Of a DNA stretch of 48,672 nt, positions 18,292 through 27,712 are shown piece after piece. The notes beneath the pieces were generated by a model, which did not search any database, was not told where the DNA came from, and saw nothing but the letters and a program-made list of their open reading frames with translations. Position 1 is the first letter of the stretch. Each line of letters begins with the position of its first letter. The stretch comes from Limisphaerales bacterium (GTDB lineage: Bacteria > Patescibacteriota > Microgenomatia > UBA1400 > PJMF01), in contig JBILGT010000005.1 in assembly GCA_044350895.1 (NCBI GenBank), positions 1 through 48,672 on the forward strand. The letters run 5' to 3'. Made by a program: the position numbers and the translations under genes.

Positions 18292-19384
18292 ATGCAGCAT
18301 CGGATTTTTAATTACGATCTAATAAGAACCACTGCAATTATTTGTGTTATTGCTATTCATACTGAAAACATAACTACTTCACCCACTAACTATCTTGGAG
18401 GAATTTCCTGGTGGATGGCAAACGCTCTGCATTCATTTGCTAGTGTCAGTGTCCCTCTATTTATAATGCTAACTGGCGCACTAATATTGCAAAAATCGTC
18501 ACTTACATACAAGTATATTTTTTCAAAAGTTTTAAAGCAATTTGTTATCCCATTGCTTTTTTGGTGGGTATTTTTAATTTTGTACTCACAGTATAAATCT
18601 ACCAGTAGCCTGAACATTTTAAATGAGTTGAAGTCTTTCTTTTTAACAGAAATTGGTCATTTATATTTTTTGCAAATAGTCATTGGTCTGTACTTAGTAG
18701 CACCTTTTTTTCATAGATTGATCAGAATTAGTTCACTAAAGTTACAATATATGATTTTTTTTAAGTATAACTTTACTGTCGATACTTTATGAGTATTTAA
18801 GTTTTACTTTTTTTAAAACATACAATAATACAAATATTCTACTGATATTTATACCATTCATAACATATTTTTTAGGAGGATATTATTTTGCAAACATCAA
18901 AATTTCAGCAAAAAAATGGTGGTTTCTTGCATCTGGAGCCGTAGTTCTCGTTGGATTTATAGCTATCTCAACGTATTTAAATACACTTGCTTTTAATACT
19001 GGTAATACAACTCTCTGGACCCCACAGAGTGGTAACATGTTCTGGGAACCATTTACTTTGCCAATAGTTCTTCTTTCATTTTTTATATTTATTTTATTGA
19101 ATTCTTTTCAAGTAGCTTTTCCAAAAATATTTTTCAACAGTTCATTTAGAAAGTTAGTTGAGTTTATTTCTGAAATAAGCTTTGGTATTTATATTGTTCA
19201 TATTTTATTGTTGGAATATGTAGATAAGTACTTTAAGCTTTCAATTCATTTTATTACCTATCCATTGTATATATATTATTTTCAGAGAATAAGTTATCTA
19301 CTATTTGCTTCTGTCTTCTTTGCTTACTTAATTTATAAAACTCCTATTATTAAAAATATTTTTGGTATTAGAAATAAAGCTTAA
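18292..19384 (+). pseudogene. Acyltransferase family 3 (OafA-like) gene split by a 1-nt frameshift in a T8 run
   Basis: ORF 18292..18792 (frame 1) starts with the acyltransferase_3 N-terminus 'YDLIRTTAIICVIAIH'. Frame 2 is open from 18755 through 19384 and continues as hydrophobic helices. The two frames switch at T8 18755-18762. Confidence 0.7.
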
Positions 19385-19385
19385 T

Positions 19386-20918
19386 CTACTTATTATGAGT
19401 ACTCCGTGCCCGATCATCATTGGGAGATGCGAGTACTAGACGTTCTGCACCTACCATCTGCATATCACGAATTGTTCCAACGTTTTGGAAAACCATGCCA
19501 GCTACAATTCCTTGCTGCATTTGATGGAGTACTTGCAACATAGTTGGTAAGCGAGCATTCCCATTTCTTAATCCTTTTCGTGTAGTTTCACCTTCAGTGT
19601 TGAGCATCGCACCAAAAGGCGCATGTCGTCCTGCCATTGCACGCATTCTGTCTGACGCTTCGCCTCCCTAATATTTAAATATCTCACCATTTCCATCTAC
19701 AAAATATTGAATTCCTCCCGGAGTTTCTATTGTGCCTCCAAACTTACCCACAACACCAATGCCGCTGGCGCCGACTGCTACAGTTTCGTTTATGTAGTCA
19801 TTTGCACCACCTTCTACAATAATAGGTATCTCAATTTTGCCGCGCAGTTCCCATACAAGCTGTGGCCAGTTAATGGTGAGACCACCGACAACACCGGTAA
19901 TACACCTACCACCACCACCAATTCCAACATAGAGTGCATCAGCTCCAGCTGCTTGTAGTGCGATGGCTTGTGGAACATCTACAACTTGTCCAACAAAAAT
20001 TTCAATTGGTTCAAGATGATCAGATTTTTGCCAAGCTCGCAATTTTTTGAGTGTCACAAGAGCGTCACTTCCAGGCTCTGGAGAATAAATTCTAAATGTG
20101 CGAATTCCCACATCATATAAAGCTTGAGCTCGTTTTAAAACTTTTTCAGGATTTGCTTCTAATACACCAACAACATTATGTTTATAAAACTCAATGAGTT
20201 TGTTTTTCTCTGCAAATGGTCTGCCATGTAGAACAGGGCTTTTTTCAAGCCAGGTGAATACTTCACTTGCAAGCGCTACTTGTGATTGAACCCGAGAAAA
20301 AAATCCGTCGCGGGGGAGTGCAACCAAACTGTGGGATTGCGCCATTGTTGCAATAGCCATGGCACTGCCAAAAATATCTGGATTTGCTCCACCAACAAGT
20401 AGGTTGCGTGCTTGAGCTCTGCCACCTTCACCAACTTGGTGCTGGTATGAAATAAATGGTCCATTGGCATGCAACGTCGTTCGGCTTCGACGTTTTGAAT
20501 CAGTTCCACCAGCTTGTAGTTTCAGATCTCCAATTGTCAGAGCCTGCCGATTACGAATAGCTTCTGCAAAGATCGGGTTATCAACTTCAGCTGGAGGGAT
20601 AAATGTAGTATCAGAATTTTCATATAGTGCAGTGAGACGTTCGGGGTGATTGAGCAGATCAAGGTAGTAGAGCCAAGCAAGAATTGTTTGATTTACTAAC
20701 TCGCGTGGCATCTCCCACATTGGAGGTTTATGTTTATCTTCACCCTCATATCCTGTTAATATAAGTCCTTGACTTGCAGTTTCACTAGCTTGTGAAAGTT
20801 GATCATTCAACCAAGTAATAAAACCAAATGCCAGTAAATCATCATATTTCTCACGTATATATTTCTCTGCAACTGCTGGATCTTTTAATAAACTTTCAAA
20901 GCTCAGTGGTGTAGACAT
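19386..20918 (-). pseudogene. Divergent IMPDH/GMP-reductase-family protein interrupted by an in-frame TAG
   Basis: ORFs 19668..20918 and 19386..19646 share one frame, separated by TAG at 19668-19670 and 7 sense codons. Motifs on both sides of the stop look intact: 'VGIGGGGRCITG' and 'IIVEGGA' upstream, then 'KY*GGEASDRMRAM'. Confidence 0.7.
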
Positions 20919-20943
20919 TGGCTCCTTTTGGGAGCTATTGTAC

Positions 20944-22827
20944 CTATTCCCATTCAGTTGTACCAGGTGGTTTTGAGGTCAAATCGTATAAAATGCGAGA
21001 AAGATTTGGTGTATCTTTCTCAATTCGTTCAATCATTGCTTTGAGTGCTTGAGCAGGCATTTCTTTGTGAGGTGTAGCAGGTACTCCGGTCATAAAATCA
21101 TTGGTAATAAAGGTGCGAATAACGATGCTATGTTTTGTAGGATTTTGTACGGAATCAACATCAACTGGTATGGAAATTACTGGCACCTGACTCAAAGATG
21201 TTAACAAGTCATATTGAAATAATGTGTCACTCACAGCTTTATCAGCATGTTGCAGCTGATCGATTGTCCCTTCACTAATGAACGTTGGAGTAATACTTTT
21301 TATCGATTTTGAAACTGCTGGCCCAAACATGTACGCAACACGATTGATTTCATGCACATGTTTTGGTAGCTCACGTGCAAGTTGCATAATATTTTCCCAG
21401 TCATGCAACTCAAGTGCGTTATAACTTGTATTGCAACTCAGTGCTGCAACGTAGCTATATGTTCTTCCATCACCCTGTACACCCACACTTCTGATTGGTA
21501 ACAGTGTAACTGCATATGGTTCTGGAACAATGGATTGTAACTTTTGTAAAACAGCATCGTAGGTATCAGTCAAATAGGGAGTAGTGGCACATAAAATTCT
21601 AATGCCAAGTCCAGGACCAGGAAATGGTTGACGCCAAACTATCTCAGCAGGGAGTCCAAGCTGTTCACCAAGTTTTCTCACTTCATCTTTGTGGTATTCG
21701 GCAAGTGGTTCAATAACACGACCACGATCACGAAGCGCACGTACAACATCAGTATCATTATGGTGCGTTTTTATCACACTGGCATTTTTACTGATATGAC
21801 TTGAAGCACTTTCTATTAAGTCGGGTCGTAATGTTCCTTGTGCTAAGAACACTGAATCTAAATCTAAGTGAAGTGTTTGCAAATAATCTTTGGCAATTTT
21901 AATAAAAGTATCGCCAATTATTTTACGTTTTTCTTGCGGGTCTGTAATTGTTTTCAATGGGCCAACAACTTTTCCACCAATTACAGTGGTGGCATTTTGA
22001 AAGGTTGTAAACGCATCAACTACTAATAATTTTAAGCCGAGTGATTCTAGCGCAGCTTTTACAGCGGCACTTTCTTGATACCGCATCATCCCACTATCAA
22101 TGTGGAGTGCCAAAATTTGTTGTGCTGGAAGTGCTTTTCTGATTAATGCAGCGCAGACAGTTGAATCAACTCCACCACTGACAAGTATCAGAACAGTATT
22201 TGATCCAACGGTTTTTTGAATGTACTCAATGGCGAGCTGCTCACGATCAAGCAATGTGTAGGTGGCTGGTACCGCTGCAATTTTACAGAGAAAATTTTCC
22301 AGAATCTTCTGACCATTTTCTGTCAAATCGACTTCTGGATGAAACTGTACTGCGTATCTTTTTTGAACAGGATTTTCAATTGCTGCTACCAGTCCATTTG
22401 AATCACCAATAACTGTATAGCCATTAGGAAGCAGTGTGACAGTATCGCCATGACTCATTAAAACATTTTGCTTTTCATGCAATCCACCAAAGAGTGCAGA
22501 TTCAGGTTTGATAACAATTTCACACGGACCATCTTCTCGTCGTGCTTCTTTTGTAACAGTACCACCTGCTGCATGTACCAGTAACTGCATGCCATAACAT
22601 ATACCTAAAATTGGTTTGTTGAGATTAATGAGTTGTGGGTCAAACTTAGGAGCATCTGCTCCGTAAACACTTTGCGGGCCGCCAGAAATAATAAGTGCTG
22701 CAAATTTTTGTAGCTCTGCAACTGGTGTATCGAGTGGTAAAAGAATTGATTCAATACCAAGTTCTCGGACTCGCCGATCGATTACTTTGCCGTACTGTGC
22801 ACCTGCGTCTAAGATTGCAATCTGCAT
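20944..22827 (-). CDS. guaA: GMP synthase (glutamine-hydrolysing), long eukaryote-type form
   Basis: ORF 20944..22848; the likely start 'MQIAILDAG' is at 22827. Features are a GATase domain ('GICYGMQ', 'HPE'), the ATP-PPase P-loop 'SGGVDSTV', and the C-terminal 'YDLTSKPPGTTEWE'. Confidence 0.9.
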   Translation of the reverse strand: MQIAILDAGAQYGKVIDRRVRELGIESILLPLDTPVAELQKFAALIISGGPQSVYGADAPKFDPQLINLNKPILGICYGMQLLVHAAGGTVTKEARREDGPCEIVIKPESALFGGLHEKQNVLMSHGDTVTLLPNGYTVIGDSNGLVAAIENPVQKRYAVQFHPEVDLTENGQKILENFLCKIAAVPATYTLLDREQLAIEYIQKTVGSNTVLILVSGGVDSTVCAALIRKALPAQQILALHIDSGMMRYQESAAVKAALESLGLKLLVVDAFTTFQNATTVIGGKVVGPLKTITDPQEKRKIIGDTFIKIAKDYLQTLHLDLDSVFLAQGTLRPDLIESASSHISKNASVIKTHHNDTDVVRALRDRGRVIEPLAEYHKDEVRKLGEQLGLPAEIVWRQPFPGPGLGIRILCATTPYLTDTYDAVLQKLQSIVPEPYAVTLLPIRSVGVQGDGRTYSYVAALSCNTSYNALELHDWENIMQLARELPKHVHEINRVAYMFGPAVSKSIKSITPTFISEGTIDQLQHADKAVSDTLFQYDLLTSLSQVPVISIPVDVDSVQNPTKHSIVIRTFITNDFMTGVPATPHKEMPAQALKAMIERIEKDTPNLSRILYDLTSKPPGTTEWE

Positions 22828-22828
22828 A

Positions 22829-23983
22829 TTAATAGTTCTTTCCTCCATTAGTAATAACTAATCCATGAGGGTGACTTTCTTTGAGAGATGCATCTGTGAT
22901 TCTTAAAAATTTTGCAACTTCTTGCAACTCTTGAATGGTGCGTCCTCCGACATAGTACATGCCTGATTTAATACCCCCAATGGCTTGGTCGACAACATCT
23001 GCAACACTACCTTTGACTGGTACTAAAGCTTCAACACCTTCTGCTACAAGAACTCTATCTTTTCCATAGTGCTTCCCATGAAATTCATCTTCTGACTTAA
23101 TTTGGGCGCCCTTTTGCATAGCGGCCTCAGATCCCATGCCTCGATAGGTTTTGAAATGATATTCATTGACACCTGGTTTAACTAGGTGCTTAAACTGTGA
23201 GGGGAGTTGTGCTGCAGCGAGGATAACGTGTTCTCCAGGAGCCTCTTTACACGAGGCAAAGTAGCTACCCATCATAATGGTATCTGCACCTGCGGCGAGT
23301 GCCTTAATCATGTCTCCAGAATATTTGACACCACCATCAGCAATGATAGGGACGCCAGCTTCACGGCCAGCTCTGACGCAATCAACAACGGCAGTTAGTT
23401 GTGGAACACCCATTCCGGAAATAATTCTAGTTGTACAAATAGCGCCTGGTCCCATTCCTACACGAATTGCATCAGCACCCGCTTCAATCAGTACTTTTGC
23501 ACCTTCATAACTGGCAACATTTCCAGCGATTACATCTGTCTGAGGAAACTTTGACTTTAATTCTTTGATAGCATCTACCATTTGAATACACGCACCGTGA
23601 GCTGAATCTATCAAAAGAACAGTTACGCCTGCTTCTACAAGTGCTGTGGCACGTTCCAAATAACCTTCGCTATATCCAATTGCAGCTCCAACTTGCAGAT
23701 TTTTTGCAACAACTTGTGCGACGTGGGCTGCCTGATCCGCTACTGTCATATTGCGGTGAATAATACCGATGCCACCTTTTTGGGCGAGTGCGATAGCTAA
23801 TTCTGCTTCAACGACTGTGTCCATTGGAGCTGCTACAAGCGGAATATCAAGTGAAACATTTTTAGATAATTTGGTTGCAGTTGTGATATCTTGGCGAGAG
23901 AAGTCGGAAAATCCTGGTTTTAATAGTACGTCATCATAGGTGAGATAGAGTGGAAGGTTGGTAAGATCTGAAGTAGTAAGCAT
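22829..23983 (-). CDS. guaB: IMP dehydrogenase lacking the CBS/Bateman subdomain
   Basis: 384-aa ORF with '[11 protein letters not shown]', 'APMDTV', '[11 protein letters not shown]' and 'IIADGG'. A short linker '[13 protein letters not shown]' sits where the CBS pair normally lies. Confidence 0.85.
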   Translation of the reverse strand: MLTTSDLTNLPLYLTYDDVLLKPGFSDFSRQDITTATKLSKNVSLDIPLVAAPMDTVVEAELAIALAQKGGIGIIHRNMTVADQAAHVAQVVAKNLQVGAAIGYSEGYLERATALVEAGVTVLLIDSAHGACIQMVDAIKELKSKFPQTDVIAGNVASYEGAKVLIEAGADAIRVGMGPGAICTTRIISGMGVPQLTAVVDCVRAGREAGVPIIADGGVKYSGDMIKALAAGADTIMMGSYFASCKEAPGEHVILAAAQLPSQFKHLVKPGVNEYHFKTYRGMGSEAAMQKGAQIKSEDEFHGKHYGKDRVLVAEGVEALVPVKGSVADVVDQAIGGIKSGMYYVGGRTIQELQEVAKFLRITDASLKESHPHGLVITNGGKNY

Positions 23984-24051
23984 AAGATAGCTCCTTATAC
24001 ATTTTCTATAGAATACTTTATATTTTTAATGGTTACCTTCTAGGTAACAAA

Positions 24052-24163
24052 AAAGACACCCTGCCTGTTTTAGCTCTCAATGGTTTTCCTCTCTGCAACT
24101 TAATCAAACAAATGTAAAGTGCAGCGGTTCGTGGCTTCGGAGCGAAAACTATTGAGTGTCTTC
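24052..24163 (-). promoter_or_regulatory. Structured 5' leader upstream of guaB (candidate attenuator or riboswitch-like element)
   Basis: Helix 1 is GAAGACAC (24163-24156) paired with GTGTCTTT (24059-24052). Helix 2 is nested: 24156-24144 with 24088-24076, 12 of 13 bp. On the minus strand the outer helix is followed directly by a U6 run. Confidence 0.4.
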
Positions 24164-24335
24164 GCAACTATACGTAAAAACTACTTTTTAATGCGTAATT
24201 AATAAGTATTGAGGGTGTATTAAACACTACAACCTATAATTATGCAATTGGTAATATTGAATTATTTGAGCCACTAATTTCTAGTATACGCCTATTTATT
24301 GTGTATAATCGGAATCAATTCAATATTCACTAATA

Positions 24336-24974
24336 ATGTCTCAAATAAATAACTTTTCTACTGGTATTCTCGAGTTCTATAAGCTAGCTGAAGTTCTTAA
24401 ACGTACTCTCCGACATAGCTGGTTGAGCGATGGGGTGAGACAAGAAAGTGTAGCGGAGCACTCGTGGATGATGGCGCTGTTGGCTCTTGCAGTGCTGCCA
24501 CATATTTCACAAAAACTAAATCAAGAAAAAGTACTCATGATGATTATTGTGCATGATCTGGCAGAAGCAGTAACGCAAGATATGCCGGTGTGGGATGGAG
24601 TTCTAGATAAACAGGCAAAGTTTGATCGAGAAAAAGATGCGATGAAGAAAATAGTAGCTCTCTTGGATCTGCAAACACAAAATAAACTATTAGAAATTTG
24701 GGAAGAGTATGAAGAGCGGACAACTGCTGAAGCAAAATTTGTGAAAGTGATTGATACGCTTGATGTTATTGTTCAACATAATGTCGCACCAACAGAAACT
24801 TGGGATGATAATGACTACTTATGGCAACTTTCACCACTACAAAATAAGTTTTTTGATTTTGATGAAACTTTACAAAAAATTAAAGTTGAGTTGGATACAT
24901 GGTCAATAGAAAAGGCTACAATGGCTGGAGGACTTGAGAAATTAGATCAAGAAGAATTACAGAAAAGAAAATAG
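24336..24974 (+). CDS. HD-domain 5'-deoxynucleotidase (YfbR/HDDC2-like)
   Basis: 212-aa ORF with 'ESVAEHSW' and 'VHDLAEA' (the H...HD...D metal motif). Confidence 0.8.
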   Translation: MSQINNFSTGILEFYKLAEVLKRTLRHSWLSDGVRQESVAEHSWMMALLALAVLPHISQKLNQEKVLMMIIVHDLAEAVTQDMPVWDGVLDKQAKFDREKDAMKKIVALLDLQTQNKLLEIWEEYEERTTAEAKFVKVIDTLDVIVQHNVAPTETWDDNDYLWQLSPLQNKFFDFDETLQKIKVELDTWSIEKATMAGGLEKLDQEELQKRK

Positions 24975-24984
24975 GCGAACTATT

Positions 24985-25860
24985 ATGGAACAAAAATTTA
25001 AGATTTTACTCTACTATAAATACGTTGCGATCCCAGACTCAGAGTCTCTTAAAAAATCTCAAAAGGAACTGTGTCAAAAATTAAATCTAAAGGGGAGAAT
25101 TCTAATATCTTCAGAAGGTATTAATGGAACTGTAGCCGGACTTGAACCTGATATCGCAGCATATGTGGCAGAAACAAAATGTGTTTCTGGACTCGACGAT
25201 ATGGAGTGGAAAATTTCTTGGGCAGATGAACAAGTTTTTCCAAAGCTGAGAGTAGTTGTCCGAGATGAGATAGTTACGCTTGGTATTAAAAAAACTGGTA
25301 CTGATGTCAGTATTGAAAATAAGGCGCAGTATATTGAACCCTCAGAATTAAAAAATTTATATGAATCAGGTGAAGACTTTGTGATTATAGATGCCAGAAA
25401 TATATATGAAGCTGAAGTCGGTAAGTTTAAAAATGCCGTCATTCCTCCGATTGAAAATTTTAGAGATTTTCCAGAGTTTGTAAAAAGTCTACAAAAGTTT
25501 AAAGAAAAAGATGTTGTTACCTACTGCACTGGTGGAGTACGGTGTGAAAAAGCTTCAGCATATTTGCGAGAACAGGGTTTTAAAAATGTGCGCCAACTTC
25601 ATGGCGGCATTCATGAGTATGGTGAACAAGCCGGAGGTAAATATTTTGAAGGTGAAATGTTTGTATTTGATAAACGGCTACATGTCCCCGTTAACACAGA
25701 AAACCCTACAATAATTTCAAAATGTATGTACTGTGCTCAGCCAATCACACGGTATGTTGACTGTGCTGAAAAGTCATGTCCTAAGTTGTTCATTTGTTGT
25801 GCTGAATGCCAGTCACTGCACAGTGGTGCATGTTCTGCAGAATGCGAAATGAAAATTTGA
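24985..25860 (+). CDS. trhO: Rhodanese-domain tRNA uridine(34) hydroxylase (TrhO/YceA, UPF0176)
   Basis: 291-aa ORF with 'LLYYKY', 'GRILISSEGINGTVAG', the rhodanese active site 'YCTGGVRCEKA' and a Cys-rich C-terminus. Confidence 0.8.
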   Translation: MEQKFKILLYYKYVAIPDSESLKKSQKELCQKLNLKGRILISSEGINGTVAGLEPDIAAYVAETKCVSGLDDMEWKISWADEQVFPKLRVVVRDEIVTLGIKKTGTDVSIENKAQYIEPSELKNLYESGEDFVIIDARNIYEAEVGKFKNAVIPPIENFRDFPEFVKSLQKFKEKDVVTYCTGGVRCEKASAYLREQGFKNVRQLHGGIHEYGEQAGGKYFEGEMFVFDKRLHVPVNTENPTIISKCMYCAQPITRYVDCAEKSCPKLFICCAECQSLHSGACSAECEMKI

Positions 25861-25874
25861 GTTATACTAAAAAT

Positions 25875-26486
25875 ATGAAAAACTCAAAACTCATTACAGA
25901 ATTCTTAGGTACCTTTTTCTTAGTAACAGTAGTCGCATTCACTGGTGATCCACTTGCAATTGGTTTTGCTTTGTTAGTGTTGGTGTATATGGGCGCACAT
26001 GTCTCGGGTGCACACTATAATCCAGCAGTAACATTAGCGCTACTCATCCGTAAACAAATTAGTAAAGTCGAAGCTCGTGCATACATGCTTTCGCAATTTG
26101 CTGGTGGTGCTGTCGCCGCGATTTTCTACTCAATTGTAAAAGATAAAATGTTTTTACCACACATGGGGCGTAGTACATCATGGCTAACTGCATTCTCTAT
26201 AGAAACTATTTTTACCTTTTTACTCGTGTACACAATATTTTCAGTGGCAGTTGATGCACGGACTAAAGGAAATCAATATTTTGGGTTTGCAATTGGCGGA
26301 GCGCTGATGCTGGGAGCATTTGTTGGAGGTTCAATTTCTGGTGGAGCATATAACCCTGCTGTTGGAGTTGCTCCATTACTAGTAGACTTTAAAAATATTT
26401 CAGATAACTTGCCAGAAATTGCTTTATATATAGCTGGTCCATTTTTTGGCGCAGCGCTTGCTGCAAAACTGCATCCTGCAAAGTAG
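25875..26486 (+). CDS. MIP-family channel (aquaporin/glycerol facilitator-like)
   Basis: ORF 25806..26486 with an ATG at 25875. It has two NPA boxes ('HYNPAVT' and 'AYNPAVG') and six hydrophobic segments. Confidence 0.85.
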   Translation: MKNSKLITEFLGTFFLVTVVAFTGDPLAIGFALLVLVYMGAHVSGAHYNPAVTLALLIRKQISKVEARAYMLSQFAGGAVAAIFYSIVKDKMFLPHMGRSTSWLTAFSIETIFTFLLVYTIFSVAVDARTKGNQYFGFAIGGALMLGAFVGGSISGGAYNPAVGVAPLLVDFKNISDNLPEIALYIAGPFFGAALAAKLHPAK

Positions 26487-26532
26487 TGAATTAAATTTAT
26501 TCATTACTGATGCATTTTTCTCATACCATTTT

Positions 26533-26808
26533 ATGGAGAGTATGTCTGAACTAACCACATCATCACAATGGTTTCTCTATATTCTCGAATGTTGTGACGG
26601 ATCTTTATATACTGGGACAACAAATGACATTACCCAACGTGTTAAAAAACATAATCTGGGAATTGGAGCAAAATATACTCGCTCTCACAGACCAGTAAAA
26701 CTAGTTTATAGTGAAGTGTTTGAAAACCGTTCACAAGCATGTCAACGAGAATCTGAAATAAAAAAATTATCTCGCAGTGAAAAATTTTTACTCATTAAAC
26801 AGACGTAG
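26533..26808 (+). CDS. GIY-YIG nuclease-domain protein (UPF0213/YhbQ-like)
   Basis: ORF 26446..26808 with a likely start at ATG 26533. Motifs are 'FLYILECCDGSLYTGTTNDITQRVKKH' and 'RE..IK'. Confidence 0.75.
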   Translation: MESMSELTTSSQWFLYILECCDGSLYTGTTNDITQRVKKHNLGIGAKYTRSHRPVKLVYSEVFENRSQACQRESEIKKLSRSEKFLLIKQT

Positions 26809-26848
26809 CATATTTACATTTTATAAAAAAAATCTATAACATACTGTT

Positions 26849-27514
26849 ATGAAAGACGTAAAAATTCATCCCACATGGAAAAAAGTTCTGAGTTCAGAAT
26901 TTGAGAAACCATATTGGAATGAGTTGACTGATTTTGTTCGTGCTGAGTACAAAACAAAAAAAGTCTATCCTCCTGCACAGCAAATTTTTCGTGCTTTTGA
27001 TCTTTGTCCATTTAATACTGTTAAAGTAGTAATTGTCGGACAGGATCCGTACCACGGTCAGAAACAGGCTAATGGTTTATCTTTTGCGGTGAATGATGGT
27101 ATCAACTTGCCACCATCACTACAGAATATTTACAAAGAAATTTGTAGTGATACTGGTGTAATTCCATTGCCATCAGGTGATTTGTCACGGTGGGCAACGC
27201 AAGGAGTATTAATGCTTAATAGCGTACTCACAGTTCTAGCGGGGCAACCTGCATCTCATTCAAAAAAAGGTTGGGAAGAATTTACTGATGGCGTAATCAG
27301 TGCACTCAATACTGAACGAAAAAATATTGTATACCTGTTGTGGGGAAAGTATGCACAAAATAAAGGTGAAAGTATTGACCGTAAAAAAAACTTAGTTCTT
27401 TCGTCAGGCCATCCATCACCATACTCTGCACATTTATTTTTTGGCAAACATCATTTCAGCTCATGCAATACATACTTGGCTGAACACGGACTTGAGCTAA
27501 TTGATTGGCAGTAA
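26849..27514 (+). CDS. ung: Uracil-DNA glycosylase (family 1)
   Basis: 221-aa ORF with 'VIVGQDPYHG', 'GVLMLN' and 'HPSPYSA'. Confidence 0.9.
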   Translation: MKDVKIHPTWKKVLSSEFEKPYWNELTDFVRAEYKTKKVYPPAQQIFRAFDLCPFNTVKVVIVGQDPYHGQKQANGLSFAVNDGINLPPSLQNIYKEICSDTGVIPLPSGDLSRWATQGVLMLNSVLTVLAGQPASHSKKGWEEFTDGVISALNTERKNIVYLLWGKYAQNKGESIDRKKNLVLSSGHPSPYSAHLFFGKHHFSSCNTYLAEHGLELIDWQ

Positions 27515-27712
27515 AATTGCTCATTACATTTTGTTTTTTTTTGTTATTATTAAACTTGTGAGTATCAAGACAAAGAATTCTTTTACTCTACCGCAATCAA
27601 TTCAGTATGTTTCCAATAAGTTACATACATTGTTTGAAAAAAACTTTTCTGAATTCCCAATCATTACCTTCAATTTTATTTTATCAAAAGTAGTATCTAT
27701 TGAAGGAGTTCT

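Noticed and set aside
19668-19670. Possible reassignment of TAG to a sense codon, to explain the in-frame amber in the IMPDH-like gene.
   Set aside because: TAG cleanly terminates many well-supported genes in this window at their expected lengths: the GT4 gene at 2257, GIY-YIG at 26808, mutS, mutL, both NUDIX genes and the P-type ATPase. Genome-wide recoding is therefore not supported.
22828-22848. A 7-codon N-terminal extension of guaA (MEERTIN) overlapping the guaB 3' end.
   Set aside because: The conserved GATase N-terminus begins at 'MQIAILDAG'. The ATG at 22827 sits immediately after the guaB stop, the usual coupled arrangement.
24032-24048. The 7-bp hairpin GTTACCT-TCT-AGGTAAC, considered as an intrinsic terminator.
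   Set aside because: No T-run follows it on either strand (A-run on plus, CATTAAAAA on minus). I treat it only as part of the guaB leader structure.
27599-27655. Nested complementarity in the purA leader: AATTCAG/CTGAATT enclosing GTATGT/ACATAC. Considered as a second purine-responsive RNA.
   Set aside because: The helices are short and AT-rich and partly compete for the same G. One arm is just the palindromic GAATTC. None of the conserved purine-riboswitch junction nucleotides is present. This could be chance in AT-rich DNA.
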